DNA of 64,000 bases from Verrucomicrobiia bacterium. Its GTDB lineage: Bacteria; Verrucomicrobiota; Verrucomicrobiia; Limisphaerales; UBA11358. Location: assembly GCA_035577265.1 (NCBI GenBank), contig DATLVR010000119.1:4353-68352 (forward strand), written 5' to 3'. A program made the position numbers and the translations under genes. Below, in pieces: positions 18,601 to 26,990 of the stretch (position 1 is its first letter; each line of letters opens with the position of its first letter). Below the pieces are notes generated by a model. It saw only the letters and a program-made list of their open reading frames with translations, had not been told where the DNA came from and did not search any database.

Positions 18601-19358
18601 ATGTGAGGCATCATCGGCTATGTCGGGAAAAAGGTGGCTTCACCCATCCTGCTGGAGGGACTGCGGCGGTTGGAATATCGCGGTTACGACAGCGCGGGCG
18701 TGGCAGTGCTGGACAAGACGGGTTTGGTGGTCCGAAAAAAATCGGGGAAAATTAACGAAGGCATCGCGCGCCTGTTGAATTCCGAACCGGCCGTCGGCAA
18801 TCTTGGCATCGCGCATACGCGCTGGGCGACGCATGGCGTGCCGTCCGACAGGAATTCCCATCCGCATCTAGACGCTTCCGGCAAAATCGCGGTCGTCCAT
18901 AACGGCGTCATTGAGAATCATGAGGCGCTCAAACAAAGACTGGCGCGCGGCGGCCACAAATTCAATTCGGACACGGAAGTGCTGGCCCATCTTATTGGCG
19001 GCCATTATGAAAAGCGCCGTGCCAGCAATGGACACAATGGTGACGCGCTCACGCAAGCTGTCGGCGCGCGGCGCGGTTCGCCGGTCATCATCGGCATTGG
19101 CAACGGCGAGCATTTTGTCGCCAGCGACGCCAACGCAATCGTCGGACACACGAAAAAAGTGGTTTATCTGAACGACTACGACGTGGCGAACGTGACGCCG
19201 GAACATTTCGACGTGCAAAATCTCGGCACGGACACGGCGAACGTGCAGACCAGCAAATGGAATTTTTACACGGAGACGCGGCGCGCGGCCAGCACGCGCA
19301 CTTTATGCTAAAGGAGATTTACGAGCAGCTGCAGCCGGTCTTGAACGAGCTGCGCGGA
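18601..19358 (+). pseudogene. glmS: glmS (glutamine--fructose-6-phosphate aminotransferase) pseudogene, N-terminal glutaminase part only
   Basis: ATG TGA GGC ATC ATC GGC reads M-stop-GIIGYVG, so the catalytic Cys codon is TGA. LLEGLRRLEYRGYDSAGVAV, GIAHTRWATHG and VVHNGVIENH follow. An internal deletion precedes GSPVIIGIGNGEHFVASD. A frameshift near 19260 precedes HFMLKEIYEQ. Homology stops near 19358 and the isomerase half is absent. Confidence 0.85.
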
Positions 19359-19369
19359 TGCATGGATTT

Positions 19370-19612
19370 CGATGCCGCCTCGGCCATTGCCGTCCGCCAA
19401 GTGCGCTTGGCAACCTCCGGGTCGATGGCCGTCAGCTATGTCCGAGCGATTTGCAGGTTAAGCACTGGTTGGCGGTGGGCCTCTTTCTTGGAATGGAGGA
19501 TCGCAAGCGCCTCGGCTTCGTCCTTGGTGCGCAAGCTATGCCGTTTGCCCGTGGTGGTGTCTTCGGAGTAAAAAACTCCGGCTCGCCGAAACAGGATGAA
19601 TTTCGATTTCAT
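19370..19612 (-). pseudogene. Tyrosine-recombinase (phage/ICE integrase) N-terminal remnant
   Basis: The minus-strand translation from ATG at 19612 is MKSKFILFRRAGVFYSEDTTTGKRHSLRTKDEAEALAILHSKKEAHRQPVLNLQIART-stop(TAG 19438..19436)-LTAIDPEVAKRTWRTAMAEA. This matches the conserved N-terminus of an integrase family I recall from PVC genomes. The catalytic domain is missing, and the fragment abuts the glmS stump. Confidence 0.65.
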
Positions 19613-19800
19613 AGACTGGTTCTCTGAATCGAGAAACCAGTCCGGTTTCAGTCGCGTTTAAGAACGCGAGTTTCGGCGAGTTTCAGCAAATACTGGCAGG
19701 TAGTGGCGAATTGTAAGAGCGCTCGCCGGTTTACTGACAGTTTCACTGACAGTGGCCTTCCCAACCTTCGTTTGCCCTAATAAAACCAATTTTTTTAAGT

Positions 19801-19850
19801 TGGAGGCGAGGGTCGGAATCGAACAGAATTCAGGAGTTTTCTCAAAACTC
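19801..19850 (-). other. tRNA-like 3' remnant (acceptor/T-loop-like end plus anticodon-arm-like hairpin); not a foldable tRNA
   Basis: The minus strand reads ...GAGTT-TTGAGAA-AACTC...TTCGATTCCGACCCTCGCCTCCA. The 5-bp hairpin has a 7-nt loop (U33, GAG, A37). The T-loop and CCA-like end are present. The T-stem has 2 mismatches, and no 5' acceptor strand was found. Confidence 0.35.
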
Positions 19851-20036
19851 ATTACTCCGCAATTACCACCCAACCACCAGAGGCGTACAGCCTCATAACT
19901 AACGAACGCCAATGGAATTAGGCGTTTTCGTGTGTTTGTCAAGCACTCGACATTACGCATCCAATACCGATCAACTACTCACCCATTACACTTTTATCAC
20001 TCGTTCACTGGCACTTTCACTGGCAATTGGGTTGTA

Positions 20037-20636
20037 TCAGTTTGCTTTCAGCTTTGCCGCGATGCCCGCGACGTGCTTACCCTGAAAACGGGCCATCGTC
20101 AGTTCCTTGACGCTAGGCAGGCGAGAACCATCAGGAGCTGCAATTGTTCCAGCCCCGTACGGACTGCCCCCGCGCACTTCGCTAATATCCATCGTCTCAG
20201 GAATGGCGTAAGGCAGACCCACGTAAATCATGCCATGATGCAGCAAAGTGGGAATGGAGGTGAGAATGGTTGACTCATTCCCACCGCCTGTGCCAGTGCT
20301 GGTAAAAACGCTGCCGACTTTTCCAATGAGGGCGCCATTGAGCCACAAGCTTCCTGTCTGGTCGAGAAAGTTCCGCATCTGTCCGGCCATGTTCCCGAAT
20401 CTCGTGGGAGTGCCAAAGATGATGGCATCGTATTGCGGAAGTTCATCCGGCGTCGCAAACGGCGCCTCCTGCTCAAGCTTCGCCCCGTATTGCTTGGCCA
20501 CTTCGGGCGGCATCGTATCGGGAACGCGCTTTATCACCACATCGGCATTCGCAGAGCGAACGCCTTCGGCAACGGCCTTGGCCATGATTTCGATGTGGCC
20601 ATACATTGAGTAATACAGGACGAGTATTTTTGTCAT
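20037..20636 (-). CDS. wrbA: NAD(P)H:quinone oxidoreductase, type IV (WrbA flavodoxin-like)
   Basis: [49 protein letters not shown] and GGNESTI are present, in a 199-aa protein. Confidence 0.9.
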   Translation of the reverse strand: MTKILVLYYSMYGHIEIMAKAVAEGVRSANADVVIKRVPDTMPPEVAKQYGAKLEQEAPFATPDELPQYDAIIFGTPTRFGNMAGQMRNFLDQTGSLWLNGALIGKVGSVFTSTGTGGGNESTILTSIPTLLHHGMIYVGLPYAIPETMDISEVRGGSPYGAGTIAAPDGSRLPSVKELTMARFQGKHVAGIAAKLKAN

Positions 20637-20657
20637 GATGTGTTTCCTTGTTCTTGG

Positions 20658-21089
20658 TTAATCTTTCTGCACCAAATCTTTTACGCCGTTGGGAAACATT
20701 GCGCGTGCGACTTCCACGGTGTCGCAAAATTCCCGCAGGAGCTTTATCCTTCCGTTTTCGGCAATGAGCCGGCCTCCGTAAAGCTGCCGGTAGCGGCGGC
20801 CCGTGTTTTTAATTACCGCGTCCACCTCGTATTCACCTGAGACGTGATTTTCGTCTTCACCAGGGAAGATTTGGATGTTCTTAAACTTAAAATTTTCAGC
20901 GCCATCCATGACGGGGGCAAAAAACCGCTTCAAAGCCTCCGGTCCCTGATGGCGGATCGGAAGGTTGACAGATCCGAAATAGGGAAATTCAATCCCGCCA
21001 TCGTCCGCGAATAACGCTATCGCCCTTTCCATTTCACCCGCGGAAACGGCAGCGAGGTATGTTTCGAGGAGTTGCCTTGCTGTTTTCAT
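20658..21089 (-). CDS. SnoaL/NTF2-like fold protein
   Basis: The start was chosen at MKTARQLLETYLAAVSAGEMERAIALFADDG, with a size of about 143 aa. This N-terminal helix pattern is typical of SnoaL-like polyketide cyclase/NTF2 family proteins. Confidence 0.65.
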   Translation of the reverse strand: MKTARQLLETYLAAVSAGEMERAIALFADDGGIEFPYFGSVNLPIRHQGPEALKRFFAPVMDGAENFKFKNIQIFPGEDENHVSGEYEVDAVIKNTGRRYRQLYGGRLIAENGRIKLLREFCDTVEVARAMFPNGVKDLVQKD

Positions 21090-21132
21090 ATTTTTCAGAT
21101 TTTCGGGTTGTGAGTTGATCTGGACACGGTGC

Positions 21133-21363
21133 TTAATGCGGCTTGGCGGTTTTCTTCCTCGAACGAGCATCGGATTGCGGCTCTCTTCCACGCTTCGCCG
21201 CTTCCATCAGTTCCCTTTCCGCTTGCAACCAGTGAAGCTGGTGATCACCGTGCCCGCCGCCGTTCTCAAGCCAGATGTGATACGCACGCTCCTCAATCTT
21301 TCCCCGCAAGCCCGCATCCGGAATTTCACCGTTGTTTTCGTTGGCATTTGCACTTGTTTTCAT
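21133..21363 (-). CDS. Small DUF2934-like protein
   Basis: The core reads IEERAYHIWLENGGGHGDHQLHWLQAEREL, which matches the DUF2934 signature as I remember it. The start is uncertain (21363, 21384 or 21465). Confidence 0.5.
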   Translation of the reverse strand: MKTSANANENNGEIPDAGLRGKIEERAYHIWLENGGGHGDHQLHWLQAERELMEAAKRGREPQSDARSRKKTAKPH

Positions 21364-21493
21364 CTGGCACCACGTTTTTTGCATTTCGTCCACTCTGCGG
21401 ACTTTTCCCAAACTATTCATAAAGACGCTAAAATTGGCTAATGCCGTGTTTTTGGTGTTGCTCATACTTTTGGTAATACCTAACGTGCAATCA

Positions 21494-22399
21494 ATGGAAC
21501 TTCGGCACCTGCGATATTTCGCCGCTGTCGCCGCTCACGGGAGCTTTAGCCGGGCGGCAAACCAGTTGCACCTGACGCAACCGGCCTTGAGCCGCCAGGT
21601 AAAAAACTTGGAAGAAGAAATTGGCATTGCTCTCATAGTTCGCGGCCAAAACGCCATTTCCCTGACTTCGGCAGGGGAGGCCTTTTACGAAGAAGCGAAG
21701 GATATTCTGGCTCGGGTGGACGTCGCGGTGCGAAGAATCAAAACACGCCCGCCAGGAGAGAAGCTACGCATTGGGTATGTTCATTCCCTCACTGCCGGGA
21801 TCATGCCACGGGTCGTTGAGCGCTTCCAGTCTAACAACAAGGATGTTTTTCTTGAGCTCTCCGATCTCACGACCGAGACGATGTGGCAAAGAGCCGCCGC
21901 CGAACAAATTGACATCGCAATCCTTCCCAAAAGTTTGGAAGTGCGCTTCAAAGGGTTTCAATGGGTGGAACTGCAACGGCTCGCACCAGTGCTCGTGGTT
22001 TCGAAGAAAAACCCGCTCGTCAAATTGACCAGGATTCATCCCGAAAAGCTTCGTGATAAAATGCTGCTCGGCTTGGGCGCTGACAAGTACCCGGAATATG
22101 TTCCGCGACTTCAAGCCATTCTCAAGCCATTTGGAGTTAAGCCGCAATTGCTCAATCACACCTCAGAAGACATTGCCGCGCTGTTCATCGCCCTTGAGGC
22201 ACAGGCAGGCATGGCTGTTTTAACGGAGGGCGTTTTGCCCATGCTTCCCGCAACCCTCACGGTGATCCGCTTCTCACCCGAACTAGCTCCGCTCCTGATT
22301 GCAGCGGGGACACCAACGCTCCGGCCCAATCCGCATTCCGAGGACTTCCTAAAAATCCTGTTGGAGGAAATAAATAGATACGCCCGTCGCAAAAAATAG
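21494..22399 (+). CDS. LysR-family transcriptional regulator
   Basis: An internal ATG at 21494 gives the HTH segment MELRHLRYFAAVAAHGSFSRAANQLHLTQPALSRQVKNLEEEIG. A substrate-binding domain of the expected length follows. Confidence 0.9.
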   Translation: MELRHLRYFAAVAAHGSFSRAANQLHLTQPALSRQVKNLEEEIGIALIVRGQNAISLTSAGEAFYEEAKDILARVDVAVRRIKTRPPGEKLRIGYVHSLTAGIMPRVVERFQSNNKDVFLELSDLTTETMWQRAAAEQIDIAILPKSLEVRFKGFQWVELQRLAPVLVVSKKNPLVKLTRIHPEKLRDKMLLGLGADKYPEYVPRLQAILKPFGVKPQLLNHTSEDIAALFIALEAQAGMAVLTEGVLPMLPATLTVIRFSPELAPLLIAAGTPTLRPNPHSEDFLKILLEEINRYARRKK

Positions 22400-22556
22400 C
22401 AAGTTGGCCGAGGTGCAAATCGCCACGGTCCGCAATCAAGTCTTGCGTTCCTTGTTTGCCGACTTGGAGAACTCCAGCATCTTCAAGCCTGTTCCCCTCC
22501 ACGATCCCAACGAATTTGTACGTGAACAAATCCTCGGCTGAGAACAAACAATTGTT

Positions 22557-22883
22557 ATGAAGGCTCAAATTCCTGAAATTATCGAAATTTATTTTCGGGC
22601 AAGCAACGCCAACGATGTCGAAACATTAGTATCCTGCTTTTCAACCGATGCGATTGTTATTGGCGAGGATGAAACTCATCGGGGCACCGCCGCCATCAAG
22701 GGATGGAGTGTAAATGTGAGAAAGAAGTATGAATTCAAGGCTGAGGTTCTGCGAGCGATTGAGAAACCAGGTGCTGTCGTTGTGACGGCGAAACTCTCCG
22801 GAACATTTCCAGGAAGTCCCGTCGACTTGGATTTCAAATTCACGCTTAAGGGAAAACAGATCTCGTCGCTGGAGATCGGTTAG
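22557..22883 (+). CDS. NTF2/SnoaL-like small protein
   Basis: The protein is 108 aa and begins IIEIYFRASNANDVETLVSCFSTDAIV, a typical SnoaL_2-type N-terminus. Confidence 0.65.
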   Translation: MKAQIPEIIEIYFRASNANDVETLVSCFSTDAIVIGEDETHRGTAAIKGWSVNVRKKYEFKAEVLRAIEKPGAVVVTAKLSGTFPGSPVDLDFKFTLKGKQISSLEIG

Positions 22884-22987
22884 CAAGCGTCGGCATCGAG
22901 ACTGTAGAATTTCGGGGATCAACTCGCAGCAAAACTCCTCGAACCTCATTGGCTGCCCGTAGCGCGGAATATTTCAATCAGAGGATG

Positions 22988-23329
22988 TTAGCGCTTGGAT
23001 TTATTGGCCTCATTTTCGTAAGCTCGAAGAATCCCGATAACCATCGGCCCAAATTTTTTCTTCAACTCTGCGCATCGCGTCGAGTTCTTGAGTTCAACGC
23101 CTTTTCGTTCGCTACGGATCAGGCCGGCTTCCCGAAGAATCTTGAAATGTTGCGACAGTGTGGACTTGGGAAGCTTTAAGTTGCCATTGGACAAAAAGGC
23201 GGTGCAGTTCATGGCGCAGTCAGCCTGTGCCAGTTCTGCGTAGATGCGGACGCGGACGGGATCGGAGAGGGCATACAGAATGCCCGGCACGGTTATTTCA
23301 TTCAAAGCCGGATGATAAAGTGGCCGCAT
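22988..23329 (-). CDS. ArsR/SmtB-family winged-helix transcriptional regulator
   Basis: ILYALSDPVRVRIYAELA and LPKSTLSQHFKILREAGLIRSERKG are present. Confidence 0.8.
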   Translation of the reverse strand: MRPLYHPALNEITVPGILYALSDPVRVRIYAELAQADCAMNCTAFLSNGNLKLPKSTLSQHFKILREAGLIRSERKGVELKNSTRCAELKKKFGPMVIGILRAYENEANKSKR

Positions 23330-23440
23330 AAAAAAACATTATCACGATTTGACAATATAGTCCAGTTGTTCAATGTTACTGAACAATGGAACTAAATGGC
23401 TGCGTGAAACCACCGGTTCAACCGCAAACATGAAAAAAAC

Positions 23441-24196
23441 ATGCAAACATCAGCAGGAACCGCTGCGGGCAAATTGAATGGGAAGGTCGCCGTCATCACG
23501 GGTGGCACTGAAGGAATAGGCTTTGCTGCGGCACGACTCTTCGTCAGGGAAGGCGCGTTTGTCTTCATTACAGGCCGCCGCCAGAAGGAATTGGACGAGG
23601 CCGTGAAGGCGATCGGAAGCAATGTGCATGGCGTTCAGGGAGACATTGCGAATCTGGCCGACCTGGACCGCCTCTACGATACCGTCAGCAAGTTGAAGGC
23701 GCGGATCGATGTGCTTTTCGCCAACGCTGGCGTCGCTGAATTCTCTCCGTTGGCAAAGGTCACGGAGGCGCATTTCGACAAACTTTTTAATATCAATGTG
23801 AAGGGAACGCTGTTCTCCGTGCAAAAGGGTCTTCCGCTCTTGAATGATGGTGGTTCCATCATTTTGACGGGCTCCGTTGCGGGTTCCAAAGGAACGGCTG
23901 CGTTCGGTGTTTATGGAGCGACAAAAGCGGCGCTTCGATGCTTTGTGCGCGGCTGGACCGTGGAACTCAAGGACCGGCGAATCCGCTCAAATGTCCTGAG
24001 TCCTGGGCCAACCGATACTCCGGTCATTGATCAACAACCCCCGGACGCCATCGCTAGGATTGTGTCCACCATCCCGATGGGACGCATGGGCACGCCAGAA
24101 GAAATCGCCAAGGCGGCTTTGTTCCTAGCGTCGGATGATTCCAGTTTCGTCACGGGCATTGAACTGTTTGTTGATGGCGGCAGGGCACAAATCTAA
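23441..24196 (+). CDS. Short-chain dehydrogenase/reductase (classical SDR)
   Basis: GKVAVITGGTEGIGFAAA (TGxxxGxG), NAGV and YGATKAAL (YxxxK) are present, in a 251-aa protein. Confidence 0.9.
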   Translation: MQTSAGTAAGKLNGKVAVITGGTEGIGFAAARLFVREGAFVFITGRRQKELDEAVKAIGSNVHGVQGDIANLADLDRLYDTVSKLKARIDVLFANAGVAEFSPLAKVTEAHFDKLFNINVKGTLFSVQKGLPLLNDGGSIILTGSVAGSKGTAAFGVYGATKAALRCFVRGWTVELKDRRIRSNVLSPGPTDTPVIDQQPPDAIARIVSTIPMGRMGTPEEIAKAALFLASDDSSFVTGIELFVDGGRAQI

Positions 24197-24224
24197 TCAA
24201 CTCTTTTTAAGGAAAACTAAATCT

Positions 24225-24683
24225 ATGAAAACTCAACCTTCCTTCATTGACCTGACACAACGTCCGCCCCGGAGCTTTCGCGCTCGTTTGGGCAACTACG
24301 TCATTCTGGCGCGCATGCTCGACAAAGGCCGGGCGACCCTCGCCAGGAAAAACGGCGATTACAAATACAATTCCGGCACCGACCAGCACCTGACCAAGTT
24401 TTTGGGTTTCGATCCCAAGGCCCTTTTGAAACAATTGGCCGCCGGCAAAGGTGACGGCGAAATCCTTGAATGGGTTCAAACCCATTCCAAAACGCCGCGC
24501 GCGCCGTGGGAAATCGAAGCATGGTCTGCATTCATGGAAAAACGCGGGCCGGACAGCGACGCGGAAACGCTCGAACTTTTTGCCGGATATGTCGCGGAAT
24601 TTAGCAAGGCCCGCGAGGACATCAAAACATGGTTTGACGCCATCGAACTCGATGACTACGTCAGCTTCGGAGGAAAAGCGTAA
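24225..24683 (+). CDS. Conserved hypothetical protein (DUF5069-like)
   Basis: ATG at 24225 gives MKTQPSFIDLTQRPPRSFRARLGNYVILARMLDKGRATLARKNGDYKYN. The family name is recalled from memory and is not verified. Confidence 0.45.
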   Translation: MKTQPSFIDLTQRPPRSFRARLGNYVILARMLDKGRATLARKNGDYKYNSGTDQHLTKFLGFDPKALLKQLAAGKGDGEILEWVQTHSKTPRAPWEIEAWSAFMEKRGPDSDAETLELFAGYVAEFSKAREDIKTWFDAIELDDYVSFGGKA

Positions 24684-24728
24684 ATCCCGTTACGACCCAA
24701 TCGTCAACATCAACATGAAAGGCATTTT

Positions 24729-25742
24729 ATGCGACAATTGCAACTATTGGCTCACGGCAAACCTTCGGATGTCATACAACTGAACACGGTCGCCGAACCC
24801 CCTCTTGGCCAGGAGGATGTTCTCATCTCGTTGGAGGCGGCCCCGCTTAATCCATCGGACTTTCTGCTGGTCCGTGGGATGTACGGCGTCCAGCCAACCT
24901 TCCCATCCCCGGTCGGTGCGGAAGGTGTTGGCCGAATCACCCAAATGGGCTCGAAGGTTGATCGTGCTTTGCAGGGTAAGCGAGTCCTCATTCTGCCGAC
25001 ATACGAGCAAGGCACGTGGGCAGACCGCGTTGTTGTCCCGGTGCGCAACATCGTGCCAATAAGCGATGAAGCAGACCCCCTGCAACTGTCGATGATTGGG
25101 ATCAATCCCGCCACTGCCTATCTCTTGCTAAGCCGATATGTTTCTCTGATGCCCGGCGACTGGATTGGTCAAACGGCAGCCAACTCAGCCATGGGAGAGT
25201 ACGTCATCAAGCTGGCGAAGCTCGCAGGGGTCAAAACACTGAACGTCGTCCGTCGGCAAGAGGCCGCCGAACAAGTCCGCCGGTTCGGAGGCGACTGTGT
25301 CGTCCACCAGGGCGACGACCTGCAAAAGGACATTGAGCGGGCTCTTGATGGCGAGAGGCTTAGCCTCGTCCTCGATACGGTCGGAGGAACTCCGGTCGGG
25401 GAATTGGCCAAGGCGCTCAAGCCTGGCGGCTCGGTTGTTGTTTGCGCCCTTCAAAGTGGGGAGTTCCCAGCCATTTCTCCCAAAGACCTTATCTACCGTG
25501 GTCTTGGCTTGCACGGATTCTGGCTCATCAATTGGATTCGCAACGCGCCGCGTGCAGAGATCAAGGAGATTTACCAGAAACTGGGCGCCTTGGTAGCTGA
25601 TGGATCGCTCTCCGCGGCAGTCGAGCATGTGTATCCGCTCGAACAGTTCAAGGACGCATTCGAGCATTCGTTGAGATCGAATCGAGACGGAAAAATACTG
25701 TTCAAATTTGGTGGCAGCAACACGGCACATCACAAAAAATGA
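24729..25742 (+). CDS. Medium-chain dehydrogenase/reductase (quinone oxidoreductase / 2-enoyl thioester reductase-like)
   Basis: VLISLEAAPLNPSDFLLVRGMYG and INPATAYLLL are present. GQTAANSAMGEYVIKLAKLAG (nucleotide-binding) is also present, in a 337-aa protein. Confidence 0.85.
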   Translation: MRQLQLLAHGKPSDVIQLNTVAEPPLGQEDVLISLEAAPLNPSDFLLVRGMYGVQPTFPSPVGAEGVGRITQMGSKVDRALQGKRVLILPTYEQGTWADRVVVPVRNIVPISDEADPLQLSMIGINPATAYLLLSRYVSLMPGDWIGQTAANSAMGEYVIKLAKLAGVKTLNVVRRQEAAEQVRRFGGDCVVHQGDDLQKDIERALDGERLSLVLDTVGGTPVGELAKALKPGGSVVVCALQSGEFPAISPKDLIYRGLGLHGFWLINWIRNAPRAEIKEIYQKLGALVADGSLSAAVEHVYPLEQFKDAFEHSLRSNRDGKILFKFGGSNTAHHKK

Positions 25743-25749
25743 AAAATAT

Positions 25750-26118
25750 ATGAGCAATAACAATGGACAAAAACTGGCGGGCAAGGCCGCAGTAATCACC
25801 GGCGGTTCGCGCGGAATAGGCGCGGCGATTACCAAGCGACTGGCAGCCGACGGGGCAAGCGTGGCGTTTACTTACAGCAAGGGCGCTGATGCGGCCGCTT
25901 CGGTCGTGACGGAGATCGAGCGTTGCGGCGGAAAGGCAATCGCGATTCAGGCGGATGCTGCCGATGCCGAGGCCGTCAAGGCCGCGGTCGAAAAGACCTT
26001 CGCGACCTTCGGCCGACTGGATATCCTGGTGAACAATGCCGGCACGGCCATTCCGAAGCCGTTCGAGGAAGCAATGCTGGAGGAGATGGATCGCGTGATT
26101 GACATCAACAGTGCCTGA
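25750..26118 (+). pseudogene. Truncated SDR (3-oxoacyl-ACP reductase-like), only about the first 120 aa
   Basis: GKAAVITGGSRGIGAAI and ILVNNAG are present. The sequence reaches MDRVIDIN and then stops at 26118. The catalytic YxxxK half is missing. Confidence 0.75.
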
Positions 26119-26564
26119 CTTCGGACGGCGTCCTCCCCATGGGTTTTTAGCAGCAGCTCGAGTTGCGCATTTAACCCGGTCAGTTTATCTCTTTGCTGCT
26201 CCGTCTCCAGCCGCTTCTCCGTTAACGATTTTTCAGCAGATCCCAGAGTTTTACCCGCGCACTCATAAATGGTTTTGCTTTCGGTTTCCTGTTCTTCATT
26301 CTCGCTTAATTTTTTCTCCAACGCCTTCGCAGAGGATTTGGCGTTAGCTTTATCTTCCGGAGCTGACACATCTGACGCAACCGCCGTGAGACGTTCGACG
26401 CTGGCATTGGCGGCGGTGAGTTCATTTAAGGCATTTTGTAGTTCTTCGGCGATATCCTCCGCTCCCATTCCGTCCAGTTCGGCCTGGGCGGCTTTAATTT
26501 GGGAGCTGATCTCGTCACGGCTCGCATGAGCTTCCACCGCCTCTTTCGTGGATTGAATTCCCAT
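26115..26564 (-). pseudogene. Fragment of a large coiled-coil (SMC/AAA-ATPase-like) protein gene
   Basis: The translation is heptad-rich and low in complexity: ...SQIKAAQAELDGMGAEDIAEELQNALNELTAANASVERL...EKRLETEQQRDKLTGLNAQLELLLKTHGEDA. It has no recognisable N- or C-terminal domain. The ORF only ends by running antisense into the truncated SDR. Confidence 0.4.
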
Positions 26565-26990
26565 TGAATCAAGAAAGTCCTAGAGAGCTTTTAAAGTCTC
26601 GGCTTCGGTCTGGCGCGCCTCGGCGAGACTGGTGCCAGCCCGGAATCGAACAAGCACACGCCGCACAAGCCTTCCGGCCCGAACCCGCCCAGCGGCCCGC
26701 CACAGCGCGGACACACCCGCCTAGCGGGCTCCACGATCGTGGATGGCGTTTTGATGGTATTCATCTGCTGCGTTACTACGGGAAAACCCGGGAATTGTTA
26801 CGCGGCCGCCAATAACCGCACCAAACGCAAAGGGGCGCGGACTTCAGTCCGCTTCACCATCCACACCAACAGCACGTGCGGGAGATCCGAGGCAGTGCGG
26901 CGTCTCAGCGGAATAAATTCCGCGCTCCAGTTTGCCTGTCCGTTGGCCCGGCCCTTCTCTGTGCGCTTTGCGTTCTTTGCGGTTCAGCCA

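Noticed and set aside
18604-18606. The TGA at the GlmS catalytic-Cys position could be a recoded (selenocysteine or read-through) codon.
   Set aside because: The same gene also carries an internal deletion and a frameshift, and it lacks the entire isomerase domain. No SECIS-like hairpin is evident directly downstream. A pseudogene is the simpler reading.
512-18614. There are many long antisense or off-frame ORFs in the GC-rich block, for example 512..1561(-), 4804..5634(-), 6338..7411(-), 10262..11503(-), 11672..12901(-), 13307..15622(-) and 17253..18614(-).
   Set aside because: Their translations are Arg/Ala/Gly/Pro-rich and low in complexity, with no motifs. Each lies opposite a gene with clear family signatures. 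These are the shadow ORFs expected in high-GC DNA.
26630-26720. A possible minus-strand tRNA gene is suggested by TGGTGCCAGCCCGGAATCGAAC....
   Set aside because: After reverse-complementing, the T-stem does not pair. No complementary 5' acceptor strand or anticodon arm could be found within 95 nt. I kept it only as a possible eroded remnant in one low-interest finding.
26837-26923. Two short perfect hairpins, GCGGAC-TTCA-GTCCGC (26837..26852) and GCGGAA-TAAA-TTCCGC (26908..26923), lie downstream of the sigma-factor gene.
   Set aside because: Each occurs once in the window. Neither is followed by a U-tract on the relevant strand. I cannot distinguish a terminator, a REP-like element or chance.
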